Below are positions 51,901 to 64,000 of a DNA stretch of 64,000 nt, piece after piece (within the stretch, counting starts at the first letter, position 1; each line of letters opens with the position of its first letter). The stretch lies in assembly GCF_009834535.1 (NCBI RefSeq), contig NC_045698.1:6326001-6390000 (forward strand). The letters are read 5' to 3'. Made by a program: the position numbers and the translations under genes. Under the pieces are notes generated by a model that was not told the DNA's origin, made no database searches, and worked only from the letters and a program-made list of their open reading frames with translations. Source of the stretch: Camelus ferus. Its lineage: Eukaryota.

Positions 51901-53700
51901 ACCTTTCTCTTTAGCTTTAAGGAAGGATTTCTAACTGACTGTCAGAGCTACACATGTAACTGTATCCCAGACTGAGCTGTCTCTCCTTTGGCTCAAATCT
52001 GTTCATGCATCTGAAACCCTTTTTCATTTGTTAGGATAAAATTTTCAATCTGCCACGTCTTACATTTTAGCTTCACCTCCTGTCTCTCTACCCACAACTC
52101 CAGCTGATCTAAATTCTCACCTTTCAGAACACCCCGGTTTGCCATAGTCTGCACTTCTCCCTGGAACATCCTCCCAAGCCTTCCCCAACCAGGTCCTCTG
52201 ACTTCCGGGATGGGGATGTGTCAGAGAGGACGGGGCAAAACTCAGACACGGGAGAATCGCAGGCCACAAGAGAAGATGTCAGAGGCCGAAGCACCAAAAG
52301 TGGGTGAGAGATCAGTGCCCAGCCAGGGCAAGATGAGCTGGCCCTGGGACCAAGCCCTCATGTTCCTGGAACACTCGGTGCTCAAGGCAGGAAGGCCTCA
52401 GAATCTGAGGGTCCAAAGGTGCAGGTTAAGGGACCCTAGCTTTGAAAGTTAGAGGGTCTTGAAGCCAAGCTGCAGGGGAATCATTCACAGGTCAGCAGTT
52501 CAATAAATACCAGGACAACTGGCTGTTATCTGGTCCACGCAGAGAGAAACTAACGCAGCCCACAAATATTTTTAAAAAGCCAACACTGTGTAATCAATAC
52601 AATTTCTAATTGAAAGGAAACGTTATAGTTCAACCCAAAGAGCATTAGCTCACTGTGAAGATTGCCTGTTAAAGACCCCTTTTACCGAGGACAAGTCAAG
52701 CCCTCTGTGCTTGCGTTTACCTTTCACTTGCAATCAGTGTTCTTTTGCTACGGTCGGTCAAGCTCAGATTTTAAAAACTTAAGTGATTATATCAATGAAG
52801 ATCTACATGAAATGCCTGACTGATAATGAAGTTTTGAGATCACTTTCAATACTACCTGGTGACAATTTTTTTTTAAATTATTTAAAAATTTCGTAAGTGT
52901 ATGAGTTTTTGAGTATTTAGGCAATTATTGAAATTTTTATGATTAACACAGCTACATGAAAATTGAGGGCTCTAAACCCTCATACCTGTTCTTGGGGGTG
53001 TGACAATCAACAACGACTGGTCTTAACGGAGGATCACTGCCAAGAACTTTTACTAGTTGTAGCTGATTCTCAATATTTTAACCTCACATGGCCAACAATG
53101 CTTAACACATATTTTCTAGTTAAAGAAATCTTCTTTCTTGAGCAAATTTTCTTTTCCTCTTTCTGCACTCAAGTTTAATCCCTCAAACAAAAAAAATTAC
53201 ATATTTAATCAGCTTCATTATACTCAGTTGGAGTGCAAGATTAGACTAAAAATAGATCACAAGAACTGCCCTCTTAACATTGTTTTAATCTCAAAATGCT
53301 TTAAAAAATTCAAACAGAGTTAAGCTTTTGCCGCCTTCAGAAATCCAAAAAATGATAATTATTCACATGGCCGGAAAGTTAATTAACTTGCATTGAATGC
53401 TCTCAAAGGGTGAAACAGCTCAGATCTTTTTTCTTCTCTCTTTCCTATTTGGGCTTAGTTAACATAATGACAATGGGGCTGGATGATGAGGAGAAAGGCT
53501 GGATGGACAGATGGAAGGATGGCTCTCTGCTTTTCAGCAACCTATTTATTCAGCGCTATCAGCCAATGCACAGCAGGAGAAGGAACTTTTTTCCTTCACA
53601 TTCATTCTTCTTTGGTCTACAAGAGTAACTTCGTACGTAATGATAATTTCAGATAGTCTTGACTTTAGGGGTTGGCTAGGTTTGGGCTGCCTTGATTCTT

Positions 53701-54323
53701 TTTTTTTTTTTTTGTATATATATATTTATTGAAGTATAGTCAGTTTACAATGTTGTGTCAATTTCTGGTGTACAGCATCATGCTTCAGTCATACATGAAC
53801 ATACATATATTTGTTTTCATATTCTTTTTCACCATAAGTTACTACAAGATATTGAATATAGTTCCCTGTGCTCTACAGTATGAACTTGTTTATCTACATT
53901 ACATATATCAGTATCTGCAAATCTCAAACTCCCAATTTATCCCTTCCCACCCCCTTTCCTCTCAACTATACATTTGTTTTCTATGTCTGTGAGTCTGTTT
54001 CTATTTTGTAAATAAGTTCATTTGTGGGTTTTTTTTTTTTAAGATTCCACATATAAGTGATATCATTTGGTATTTTTCTTTCTCTTTCTGACTTACTTCA
54101 CTTAGAATGATAATCTCCAGGTCCATCCATGTTGCTGCAAATGGCACTATTTTATTTTTTATGGCTAAGAAGTATTCTGTTGTATAAATATACCACAACT
54201 TCTTTATCCAGTCCTCTGTTGATGGACATTTAGGCTGTTTCCATGTCTTGGCTATTGTAAATAGTGCTGCTATGAATATTGGGGTGCATATACCTTTTTG
54301 AATTAAGGCTCCTCTGGATACAC
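53701..54323 (-). mobile_element. Young 5'-truncated L1 with poly(A) tail and perfect 18-bp TSD
   Basis: tgggctgccttgattctt at 53683-53700 and 54324-54341. ORF 54001-54441(-) carries ORF2 C-terminal peptide (CTPIFIAALFTIAKTWKQPKCP). Confidence 0.95.
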
Positions 54324-56527
54324 TGGGCTGCCTTGATTCTTCATACAAGGTTTCTTTATTAAAAGTCACATCTTCAGTTTCTTGGAGGAAATACTTACAT
54401 ATCCAACAGGTAAGTAAGATATGATCAAGTAGGAACAGCATTTGCCTCTAAGGACATTGGCTTAAAACATCATCCTATTCTTAAACGAATGAGAACTGTA
54501 CGTTTCCTTAATAAGAACTTTGCAGAATCTTTTTGGAAAGATGATTCTATTTAAAGACCATAAAATACCCTATTTAAGAACATCAATTTACCCATTTCTA
54601 TGTTTCAGAAAGGGAAGGGAGATGAAAATATTATAAGGCAACAAACAATTGGACAGCTTTTTAATCACTTATGCAATCTTTTGCAAGAAACAAAAGAAAT
54701 TCTGATGTTGACATCTCTGCAGATGACAAATATGATGTCCCCACATCCAGCGCAGGTTTGTTTGCAGACAGACGTGCACTGTCCATAATCGCACCGCCGT
54801 CAGGCTGTTTACCCCAATCACAGCTTGCTGCAGGCCTCCTGGTGGAAGGATTAATTCCTTCCACCTGTGTTACTTTACCACTACGATTTGGGGAGCACCC
54901 ACTTCCTCTAATGGGCTCCAGGTGGGAACTACAATATTAATAGTTACACCTTGTTCCTTGTACCTTAGCACTCTTACTCCCAGGTCTGTCAAATCTCTTC
55001 CTTTTGCACTAAGGGATTTCTCTACCCACATCTCCTCTGAAAAAGCTTATTTACAAAGAAATGATGGGATTTTTTTCTTCCAGTCACTCTGCTGTGTAAC
55101 GACTTCTGGAAGGAAGCCCATATGTAATGTCACCGGCAGTGATATTCATCAAGCCCTAGATTGCACTTATTCTTTCCTCGTCCTTCTGAGTGCGCTGCTG
55201 TCTGCTTTAGAATTTAATTACCTAGAGGCCGACGCTGAACTCTGCTTAGTCATGACTGGTCATCATTGCCAGGCAAGGGATATATACACAAGCCAGCAAG
55301 GATGGTGGAAAGTTACTTGGACAAAGAATGAAAAAGGTAGATGTTCAAAGCCAAGGCATAAACAATCTTGCAAGTCATTTGCTGCTGTAATCAGATGTGG
55401 TTCCACTTTGGCCCAAGCAACCTGACACCTTTGCAAAGCCCCTATTACCATGCCCTGTAAGTTAGATGAAATCATTACAGAAAGATTTATTCTGAAGACA
55501 ACATTCCTTTCAAAGGGTAAACGAGGACAGCGCTCTGGCCATCTGAGTGGAACTCGAATTTTCCTAGTGCAAAGGTTCAATCTGTTAACACATCACAACA
55601 GAATCAAATTATTCCAGAGTTTATGGTACTCAGAAGAATTTTGCTTTCTGATTTAACAGCTTAGAGAATGACTGTGGTGGGCAAGTTGACAGCAATTCCA
55701 CATACTATTTTAAAGCTTACCCGTCACGTGGCGGGGTGAGGGAGTTCTAGAAATCTGTTCCTTGCATTGCCAAAGGAATCACAAGACTTCATCCTGATCC
55801 TTCGTGTTCTAAGTCAACCTGAGCAGCGGACAGTCTCTTCTTGTGGGAATCCTGGATGCTCCCCAGTGGTCCTGGAATAACTGGGTGTCAGGGAGGCCGC
55901 GCCTCCCGGGGGAGAGATGCAGTCGCCTCCCTGACCATAGAGTGGCATTAGGAAGATTTTCCCAACAAGGCCTGTGCTCAACTCTATGATCAGGAAAAGA
56001 CCGCCCTCAAGGTCACAGTGCAAAGAGAAGGAGACAGAGATGGCTGGAGGGGTGCAGGCAGAGATGGTGATGGCTCTTCCATTTTTATCTTGTAAGATTT
56101 TTTTTTTCTTATTTGTTTTTGGTTTGTGAGGAAATTATCTGTTAAGTGTCATAAAATACATGGCATTTGCCCCCTGCCTTCCATTTCCACATTATTGATT
56201 TTTTTTCCCGACGCAGACATTAGCTCATGGAGCCCTGGAGCCAATGAAAAATGACTTCCTTCTGCCACAAGCACTTCAGGCAGGTCTAGATAATAGGGCA
56301 CAGAACAATCAATGCCCTGGGCAGCTCAAACGAGAGCGAGGGCTGGTTTCCCCTTTGAATATGAACAGCCCTAAGAAGTGCAGGGGTAGATGTTTGCCCC
56401 AAAGGGGAACATTTTGTATTTAATAGAAATTGAAATTAACTGAAACTTACATTGAGAGATTTTTTTGTTTGGTTCTTTGTTTGGCAGAGGTGGGTAGCAG
56501 GTGTGGGATGGGGTGCATGAGGCCTCC

Positions 56528-57125
56528 TGTGGTAGCAAATTTCTAAGGTGGTCCCATAATTAGATACCCCTTTTGTTGAGTGACCTCACCAGTCATGATG
56601 GTATGTCCCTCCAGTGATTAAGTCACATTGCATCGCAACAGTGAAGAGACGCTGCAGGTGTCATCACGAGCCCAAATAAGTTGATTTTGAGTTAATTAAG
56701 TGGGATGATGCTTTGTAGTCCTGACTCAATCAGGCGAAAGCCCTTAAAAGAGGGACAGGAACCTCCCTGAGAAGAAAGGCTCTTTGCATGATGGGTGGAG
56801 TAAATGGTTATGTTGGAGAAGACTGGGTGGGGGAAGGAACTGCCAACAGCCTGTAGGGCATCCAGGAGGCCTCTGCCAAGAGCCGGCAAAACCCTGTTGC
56901 TGTCAGTCACACAGCCACGAAGAAATGAACTCTGCCAACAATCTAAATGAGCTTGTGTGTAGATTCTTCACCAGTCAAGCCTTCGGGTGAGACTGCAGCC
57001 CTACCTAACAGCTTTATTGCAGCCTGGTGAGACCCTGAGCAGCTAAGCCCAGGCTACCAGCCCATGGAAACTGCATGAATATAAATGTAAGTTGTTTGAA
57101 ACTGCTAAGATTATATATAAACTGT
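56528..57125 (+). mobile_element. MaLR solo LTR (MLT1E-like), followed by (CA)n at ~57133-57151
   Basis: tgtggtagc...ctgactcaatcagg...cagccacgaagaaatgaactctgccaacaatctaaatgagcttg...gcagcctggtgagaccctgagcag. Confidence 0.8.
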
Positions 57126-58399
57126 TAAGTGTACACACACACACACACACATATATATGCATAATATCCCTCTTAACAGGTTTTGTATGAAAATAAGTAG
57201 TTAGCAAGCGTGGGTAATAACTACAATGCATTAATGCATTTTGTCACAGCCGATGAAATGAGTGACGATGGACTAGCCATCTATCTGGGAGTTTCACTAC
57301 CTACGGAGACCTTTGTTCGTAAGGTCAACTAGAACAATCCTTTTGTAATAACACTTGCAGGTTCATCATCAAATCAGCAGACAAGTGAGCCTTCTCATAA
57401 CTGAATTTTCAGGATAAAAGGGTCTGCAAAAACATACCCTAAATTATGCATTCCAGTAATTGGTGCTCTACGTGAGGACTCTCCTCATAAAATTTTCATA
57501 GTAAGTGGTTTGAAGGTTTCCCTGCAGAAGCGGAGATCTATAATTCACAAAACAAGAAAACCTGGGATATTGGGTGGACATAAATAAAACCTCTTCGGAG
57601 TTTGGATGTCATTTCACACAGAAACAATACTATATTAACTATATTTTTGTATAAACAGGAAGGACTCCAGGCCTGGGAACAGGAGACTCTTGGGCTTAAC
57701 CTCCAGTACCTTCCCTGACACCCAACGGTGTTATATCTAAAATGCACATCGGGCAGGATTTATATGAAAAGATGAGATAAAGAGAAATGGTTTGTATTTC
57801 TTCTGTCCACAGACTGCAATGTTTTATTGCTTGGGCCAACTTTCAATCAATACTAACCATATGAAGCATGAAAGAGAAAGAATGAATGATTTACATGGGT
57901 CTAAAACAAAGAAAGAAAGGAGAGAGAAAGCAGACGGAGAAGAGAACAGTGAAATCGGAAATCGGCCCCTCCATAAGGACAGAAGTGGATTGCATCAATT
58001 TAGCGTAAACTGAGGTATTTTCTAGTTTGTAGCATATAACTTCAGATTTTCTCTGTGGTTGGGGAACTAGGCATAAAGTAATAAAATTATTCAGAAAACA
58101 TGTTTAATAACAAAGCACATTAAAAAATAGGAATTAATATGCCTATATTTAGTAAAACAAAACAATTAATTGTTTTTAATACCATTTTAAGTGGTTTGGC
58201 ATATATTAAATTGGATTCAACAGTAGACTTTTCATTTTAATTGGGCCTGACATAAAGTTATAGTGAAGCACTAATTTTGTTCATTGAGTTCAGGGCACTG
58301 AGAAATGTCAGGGGAGCAGGAGAAAGCCGGGCTACGCTTCAAATCTGGCTGCAAGGTCCGATGCAAAGTGAGAGTACACCAGGCGGATTCATGTCCGGG

Positions 58400-58750
58400 G
58401 GCTCATATAATGAAATACCATCTCCGGGATGGCTTAAAGCAGCATGCATTTATCAGCTCACAGTTCTGGGGGCTAGAAGCCTGAGAGCGAGGTGTCGGCC
58501 AGGCCATGCTCCCTTGAGACTCTGGGTACAAGCCTTCCTTGCCTCTTCCCAGCTTCTGGTGGTGGCCGCCCATCCCTGGGGCTCGCTGGCTGGCAGCGAC
58601 ATGACTCCAGTCTCTGCCTTTGTTGGTCCATGTCATTCTCCTGTGTGTCTCTCCTCTTCTTATAAGAACAGCAGTCATGCTGGATTAAGCATCCGCTCAA
58701 CTCCAGTACAACTTAATTTTATCTCATTACATCTACAGACTCTATTCCTC
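58400..58750 (-). mobile_element. MaLR LTR (MLT1B/C-like)
   Basis: ggatggcttaaagcagc...ctcacagttctgggggctagaagcctgag...cttcttataagaacagcagtcatgctggattaag. Confidence 0.8.
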
Positions 58751-58869
58751 TTGGTATTATTATTATTATTATTACTATACTTGGATTAAAATCTTAATGG
58801 TCTACAGAGCATGTCTCATCCATCCCTGCCTTCATTAGTAGCCCTGGGACTCTGCGGGTTTGGGTGCAT

Positions 58870-59450
58870 TCTTCCTCAGTGAGCTTGCTTAGAAAGTAGA
58901 ACGCGAAGCAAGGATTACAAACTGATGCATTGTTAGGGGTACAATCCCAGGGCTGCGTGAGTGAGGGAAGAAGCGGAGCGGGAAAGGGTGGGGTCATGCC
59001 ATGTGAGGGGTCACCACGGGCCATGCCTATATGCTGAGCCACAAAGAGACATCTGCTTGGCTCCCTGGAGAACCTTGTCCTCAACAGCCCATCGGAGGGG
59101 AAAAAAAAAAAAAAAAAAAAAAAGGAAATTTATTAGCTGGTTCCTTCCCATGTCCCGCCTCGCGTTGGCTGAAGCTCGCCTCACAGGTCGCACAACCCCC
59201 TGCACTTCCGGGTTGCACCTCCCGGACCCTTTAGCATCTGCTTGAGAAGCTACATCCCAGGCCAGCGATGTGAGGTCTTATCCACATCCAGAAGTGGCAG
59301 GAGGGCCTGGCCACCAGGAGTTGGCATCAATTGGAAGACGCTGGTCCTGCCTAGGAATCTGTCAGCCCAGGTGGCAGCTGAGACAGAGGAAACGGCTGAG
59401 GGTCCAGGAGCAAGGAAGGCCCAGAAAACCTGAGGAAGTGCTGAAGACAC
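58870..59450 (-). mobile_element. Old ERVL-class LTR (LTR33-like) with an internal A23 run at 59101-59123
   Basis: gcaaggatt...aatcccaggg...atttattagctggttccttccca...cccctgcacttccggg resembles reverse-strand LTR33, from memory. Confidence 0.45.
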
Positions 59451-60634
59451 GTCCAGTCCGTGTACCGTCTTTAAGTTTTCCCGGCACACTTTGCTCCACC
59501 AGCTCGCAGAGCCCTTCCTGTTCTGTGGGACGCCTTAATTCTTCTTTCATCTGAAATTAGCACGGATACTCAGCTCGCCACCCATCCCTTTTCCATGGCT
59601 TCTTTCCTGAGATTTCTATTCTGATTTTCTTCTTTGACCAGAAATCAAGGTTTTCTCTTTTGAAAGTAAGAAATCACAGACACTATAGCCCTAAATTCTC
59701 CATGTACTTTTCTCTTTGAAGGGAAGATTAGCCTAGAATAAAATGCTTGAGTCACATTCAATTTCCCTCCAATTTTTATATACATTGTTTTACCTGAAAT
59801 CTGGTATTGAGTGTTCCACTATTGTTTTGTTTTGTTTTCCTTTCTTTCTCAAAGCTTCTTCATCGTTTGTTGACTGAATCTCGCCAGTGATTAGTCTTGT
59901 TTTGTGTTTGTAAAAGACACCCCTGCTATTTGTTCTACTGCCTGAGATTTTCATTTTGGGGAATGTTTGCCTGTTCTCCTTATTTCTGGTTGAATATAAT
60001 ACTCTTGATTCATATTTTCTTTTTTTCAGAATATTTTAGTCCACGTTTCATGGATTTATGCACCTGGGGAGTATTCTGGGACCACCTAATTTTATTTTTT
60101 CCATTTGGAGATATTTTCCCTCCTGAATGCCTAAATAATTCTTTATTTTTGCCATTTAAAACATAACCTGACTACATCTAGTGTTCATTTATTCTGAGTC
60201 AATATTCCTCAAACATGGTGTGTTTGAAATGTGCAGACACAATTCTTTTGTTTCAGGGCAATCATCCTCGATACCTCTGCCTGCCCCTGCCCAGACCACC
60301 AAGCTCCATTAGCTATAATTTCTGACGCTTTTTTTTTTAGCCTGATATATTTTAATCACTCTGTATTGGCTTGCTGCGCCTTAAAACATTTTCTTTCAAA
60401 TCAAGTCACACCTGTTTGGCTAACTAGTTAGCAAATCACACCATCAACGACTGAGATGAATTGTAAACATGTCTGCTGGGCCCAGGGTGGGTAAACAGAC
60501 TTTATGTCTGCATCACAAATGATTAGAAATCAATCACAATGATGTCAGGGCTCAACCACAGGGAGAGGCAAGGTACATTCATTACACGGAGACGATTCTA
60601 CGTTAAAAAAAAATCATTATTTCCTCTGGAGCAG

Positions 60635-60810
60635 CCCTACTTGAATATGGTCCAGAAATGCCCAGCACTGAGTTGACCTGGGATCCTGTTAGGAACAACC
60701 ACTCTCCGGACTGACTCAGCATCTCATGATTTTGGGTTTTGGACCCTGTATTGCACATGCCCTCCAGGTGAGTCTTATCCATGTTCTCGTTGAACCAACA
60801 CTGGTCTAAA
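60635..60810. mobile_element. MER5-like hAT MITE
   Basis: tacttgaatatggtcc...cctgggatcctgttagg...cacatgccctccaggtgagtcttat...caacactggtcta. Confidence 0.55.
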
Positions 60811-62920
60811 ATGGTACTTTAGAAATAATAAAGGTTTGAATTAAGGGAATAAGTATTCATGGAACAATTGAAATAAATGGTTAGTAGAGGTGGCAGAGGG
60901 TTCAAGCCTACAGGATGGGGTATCTGAGTAAGAGCGAGAGAGAAGACCAGAGAAGCAGCAGATCTGTAATGCACTGGAATGGAAGCCAAGTGAAAATAAA
61001 GTAATATATTTCATCCTAGAAAGAACAGTAGAAGCCTTGAAGCTGAATGGTATTTCCAGGGAGGCAACAGAGAATTAGAACAGCCATAGCAAGGGCAGAG
61101 CAGAGCAACAGCCTCACGGGAGGGGCAGGCAGACTACATGGAGGAAGGAAGCAGAGGAGGACCACAGAGGGAGGTGAGGAGCCAGAGGAGATGGTGTTCC
61201 ACAAACCAAGATCCCCTGCGATGCTGATCCTATCTTTGTAGAGAGAACTGAGCAACTATTTGCATATAAGATTCCGTCACTTACAGAACTCCACTCGGAA
61301 AAGGAGTTACCATTTGCCATTTTGCCTCCTGCCCTGAGAAGACCTTCAAAGGAATAACTTACAAAGTATCAGCACAGTCATAGACCAGACAATACGCCTC
61401 ACCCTGGCTGGATTTCCGAGGAGAGAGATGGGAGTAGCAGGGAGAAGGACCCAGAAGGTGTCTGGGAAAGGCAGTTCGACTCAGCGGGGTGACGGCCAGC
61501 AGGGAAGTGCCATTCGAGCTGCAAGAAGCACCGTGAACCTCACCAGTATCGGAAGTCTACTTCACTTCGATTTTTAGATCATACTGACAAATAAAATTAA
61601 CCAGCTTTCAAATGGCCATTGGCAGGTGTTCTCCAATTTGTGTTTATTCAAGTAAAGTCCAGGTGAGATAAAATAAAGGTATAACCAAACCGGATTCCCA
61701 AACCCAAGCTCTCAAACTGATTTAATTAGCACAGAAGGAAGTATCCTGGCTTCATTGCTTGTGGACGTTACACCCATGCTCTACCAGCTGAGTGCTTACA
61801 GCGTGTGCAATTGGACGGTAAGGATGCAGCCACGTGTGCTCAATACCAGCTTTCCTAAGAAATGTCTCCAAGGTTTGCCTTGATGGAACTCTACCAGAGC
61901 CAGATGTAAACAGAAGGCCATACTGAATTTTGAATTTTAAAAGTCACATTCTGTAATCTTTGTCACCGTTACTTCTCGGGAGTTGTTCAGTGCTTAGCAG
62001 GTTTAGCTAAAATGGATCTGCATTTTTTGGGATAGTTTTTCTAATATTCCATTTTCACATTTCAATGCCTTAGATGTAAAGGAGAAATCTGTCTGCTGGA
62101 TCATTAAAAATGATATCCTTTAAAGCTAAATCTTATTCTGAATTAAAACTTGCAAAAGAAGATATTTCCTTCAAGAAGTATTAATCAGTGCTATAAGAGA
62201 TAAATGAAAAGATCTAGAACCTGGATGTGACATGGAATTTGTAATTTATAGAGGTCCTCAAGTTAGAACCATCAAGCTAGTCTAAACAAACTTAAACACC
62301 ATCTACATATCCAGCCACCAGGATAACCCTCTGTGCGTTTGCCCCAAGTCTTTGAATAGGGCTGGGGTCAGGGCTCTCTTTAGGACGCCATGTACCCACG
62401 GTTGTTTCCCTGAAGGGATCTTCACTCACTGCAAACTCCCCTTCGCCTTGAGTTTAACAACCTGACTTGCGAGGCGTGGAAACTGCAGAAGAGTTCCATG
62501 CGTGGCGTCTTCTCCTGTAACCCCAGCGTGGGATCTGAGTTAGTAGCATCTTGCTGTATATGCCATGACTGAATTTGTCCATAGGCAGTGGACTAACACA
62601 AAGGCAAAAAATCAGGTCTGCAGAACAAAAAAGTGAATCTGGGTAGGGCATGTTTGCTGGAGGGCTTGTGGTATACCATTATCAGAATCAGATCTGCAAA
62701 CATAGAGACAGGATCAGAGGGCCAGGAAGCTCCTGCAGCCTGAGCGAAGGAAGGGGTGGGAGAGGGGGACGTGAGGGAAGGGCAGGAGCCCAGTCATGAA
62801 CGCACGCAGAACTGACCCGGGCAAGCATGTTTCCGGAAGGCTGCACAGCCTAAAGGCCACAGACCTTGACCATAATTTCACCTCAGATCTTTCATTTATC
62901 TAAGTTGGTCTGCTTTATTT

Positions 62921-63656
62921 ATTTATTATTTATTTATTCATTCATTCATTTATTGAAGTATATTTGTTTTTTTACCATGTTGTGTCCATTTCTGGTGGGC
63001 AGCACAATGCTTCAGTCATACATGAACATACATGTATTCGTCTTCATATTACTTTTCATTATAGGGTTACTACAAGATATCGAACATAGTTCCCTGTGCT
63101 CTACAGTATAAACTTGTTATTTATCTACTTTATATATCGTAGTCAGTATCTACAAATCTTGAACTCCAAATTTATCCCTCCCTACCCGCCTCCCCTCTGG
63201 TGACCATAAGTTTGTTTTCTATGTTTATGAGTCTGTTCCTGTTTTATATATAAGTTCACCTGTATCTTTTTAGATTCCACATATAAGTGATATACGGTTT
63301 TTTTCTTTCTCCTTCTGGTTTACTTCACTTAGAATGATGATCTCCAGGTCCATATACGTTGCTGCAGATGGCATTATTTTGTTCTTTCTTACAACTGAGT
63401 AGTATTCCATTGTATAATTACACCACAACTTCTTTATCCACTCATCCATAGACAGACATTTAGGTTGCTTGCATGTCTTGGCTGTTACAAATAGTGCTTC
63501 TATGAACACTGAGGTGCATGTATCTTTTCAAATTAGAATTCCCTCCAGATATATGCCCAAGAGTGGGATTGCTGGAGTATATGGTAAGTCTATTTTTAGT
63601 TTTTTAAGGAATCTCCATACTGTTTTCCATAATGGCTGCACCAAACTACATTTCCA
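62921..63656 (-). mobile_element. 5'-truncated L1 with a (TTTA/TTCA)n-type tail and 20-bp TSD
   Basis: taagttggtctgctttattt (62901-62920) vs taaattggtctgttttattt (63657-63676), 2 mismatches. The body is homologous to the 53701 element. Confidence 0.92.
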
Positions 63657-63775
63657 TAAATTGGTCTGTTTTATTTTGATTTAGATTCTGTTTGAACATG
63701 TTGTTTGCAATAGAAATCATCAAATATTTTAATCCAGTGGGCATGTTTTAAATAGTAATAGAACAAGTTGCTCAT

Positions 63776-64000
63776 TGCTGTGGACTGAGTGTGTGTCCTC
63801 CCAAATGTCATGTCAAAGCCCTAATCATCAAAGCAATGACATTTGGAGGTCAGGACTTTGGGAGGTGACCAGGTCAAGAGGATGGAGCCCCATGATGGGA
63901 TCGGTGCCCTTATAAGAAGAGACAGGAGAGAGAGGACCAGTGTGAGGACACAGCAAGAAGACGGCCATCTGCAAACCACGAACAGAGCCCTCACCAGGAA
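63776..64000 (+). mobile_element. MaLR LTR (MLT1A-like), running off the window end
   Basis: tgctgtggactgagtgtgtgtcctcccaaa...ggagccccatgatgggatcggtgcccttataagaagagac...gaagacggccatctgcaaacca. Confidence 0.85.

Noticed and set aside
59101..59123. A23 run as the tail of a retrocopy or SINE
   Set aside because: No TSD or upstream polyA signal, and LTR-like sequence continues on both sides. Slippage expansion is more likely.
39338..64000. Additional upstream SEMA5A exon, or nested tRNA, snoRNA or processed pseudogene
   Set aside because: No Sema-domain peptide in the ORF track and no recognisable RNA gene by eye. The previous exon probably lies beyond the window. A covariance-model search (Rfam/tRNAscan) would be needed to exclude small RNAs.

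Overview
Mammalian genomic DNA lying entirely inside the SEMA5A (semaphorin-5A) gene, which runs on the minus strand. Five internal coding exons (39130-39337, 25338-25455, 17994-18175, 12728-12871, 770-917; 800 nt in total) have canonical AG/GT ends and splice into one continuous frame. They encode the end of the Sema domain, the PSI domain and the first three thrombospondin type-1 repeats. The rest is intron, full of transposable elements: artiodactyl-type L1 3' ends, MaLR and ERV LTRs, MIR, L2 and hAT MITEs. This repeat content, with no recognisable ruminant, pig, primate or rodent SINEs, suggests a camelid (inference). I found no evidence of a new multi-gene system, and nearly all ORFs in the supplied track are spurious. 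The best sequence-level oddities are a locally templated 76-bp insertion inside an L1, a palindromic MER53-like MITE whose arms appear to have co-evolved, an 18-bp minisatellite next to an exon donor, a nested MaLR provirus, and a young L1 with a perfect 18-bp target-site duplication (TSD). Repeat family names come from recalled consensus sequences, not from a database search.
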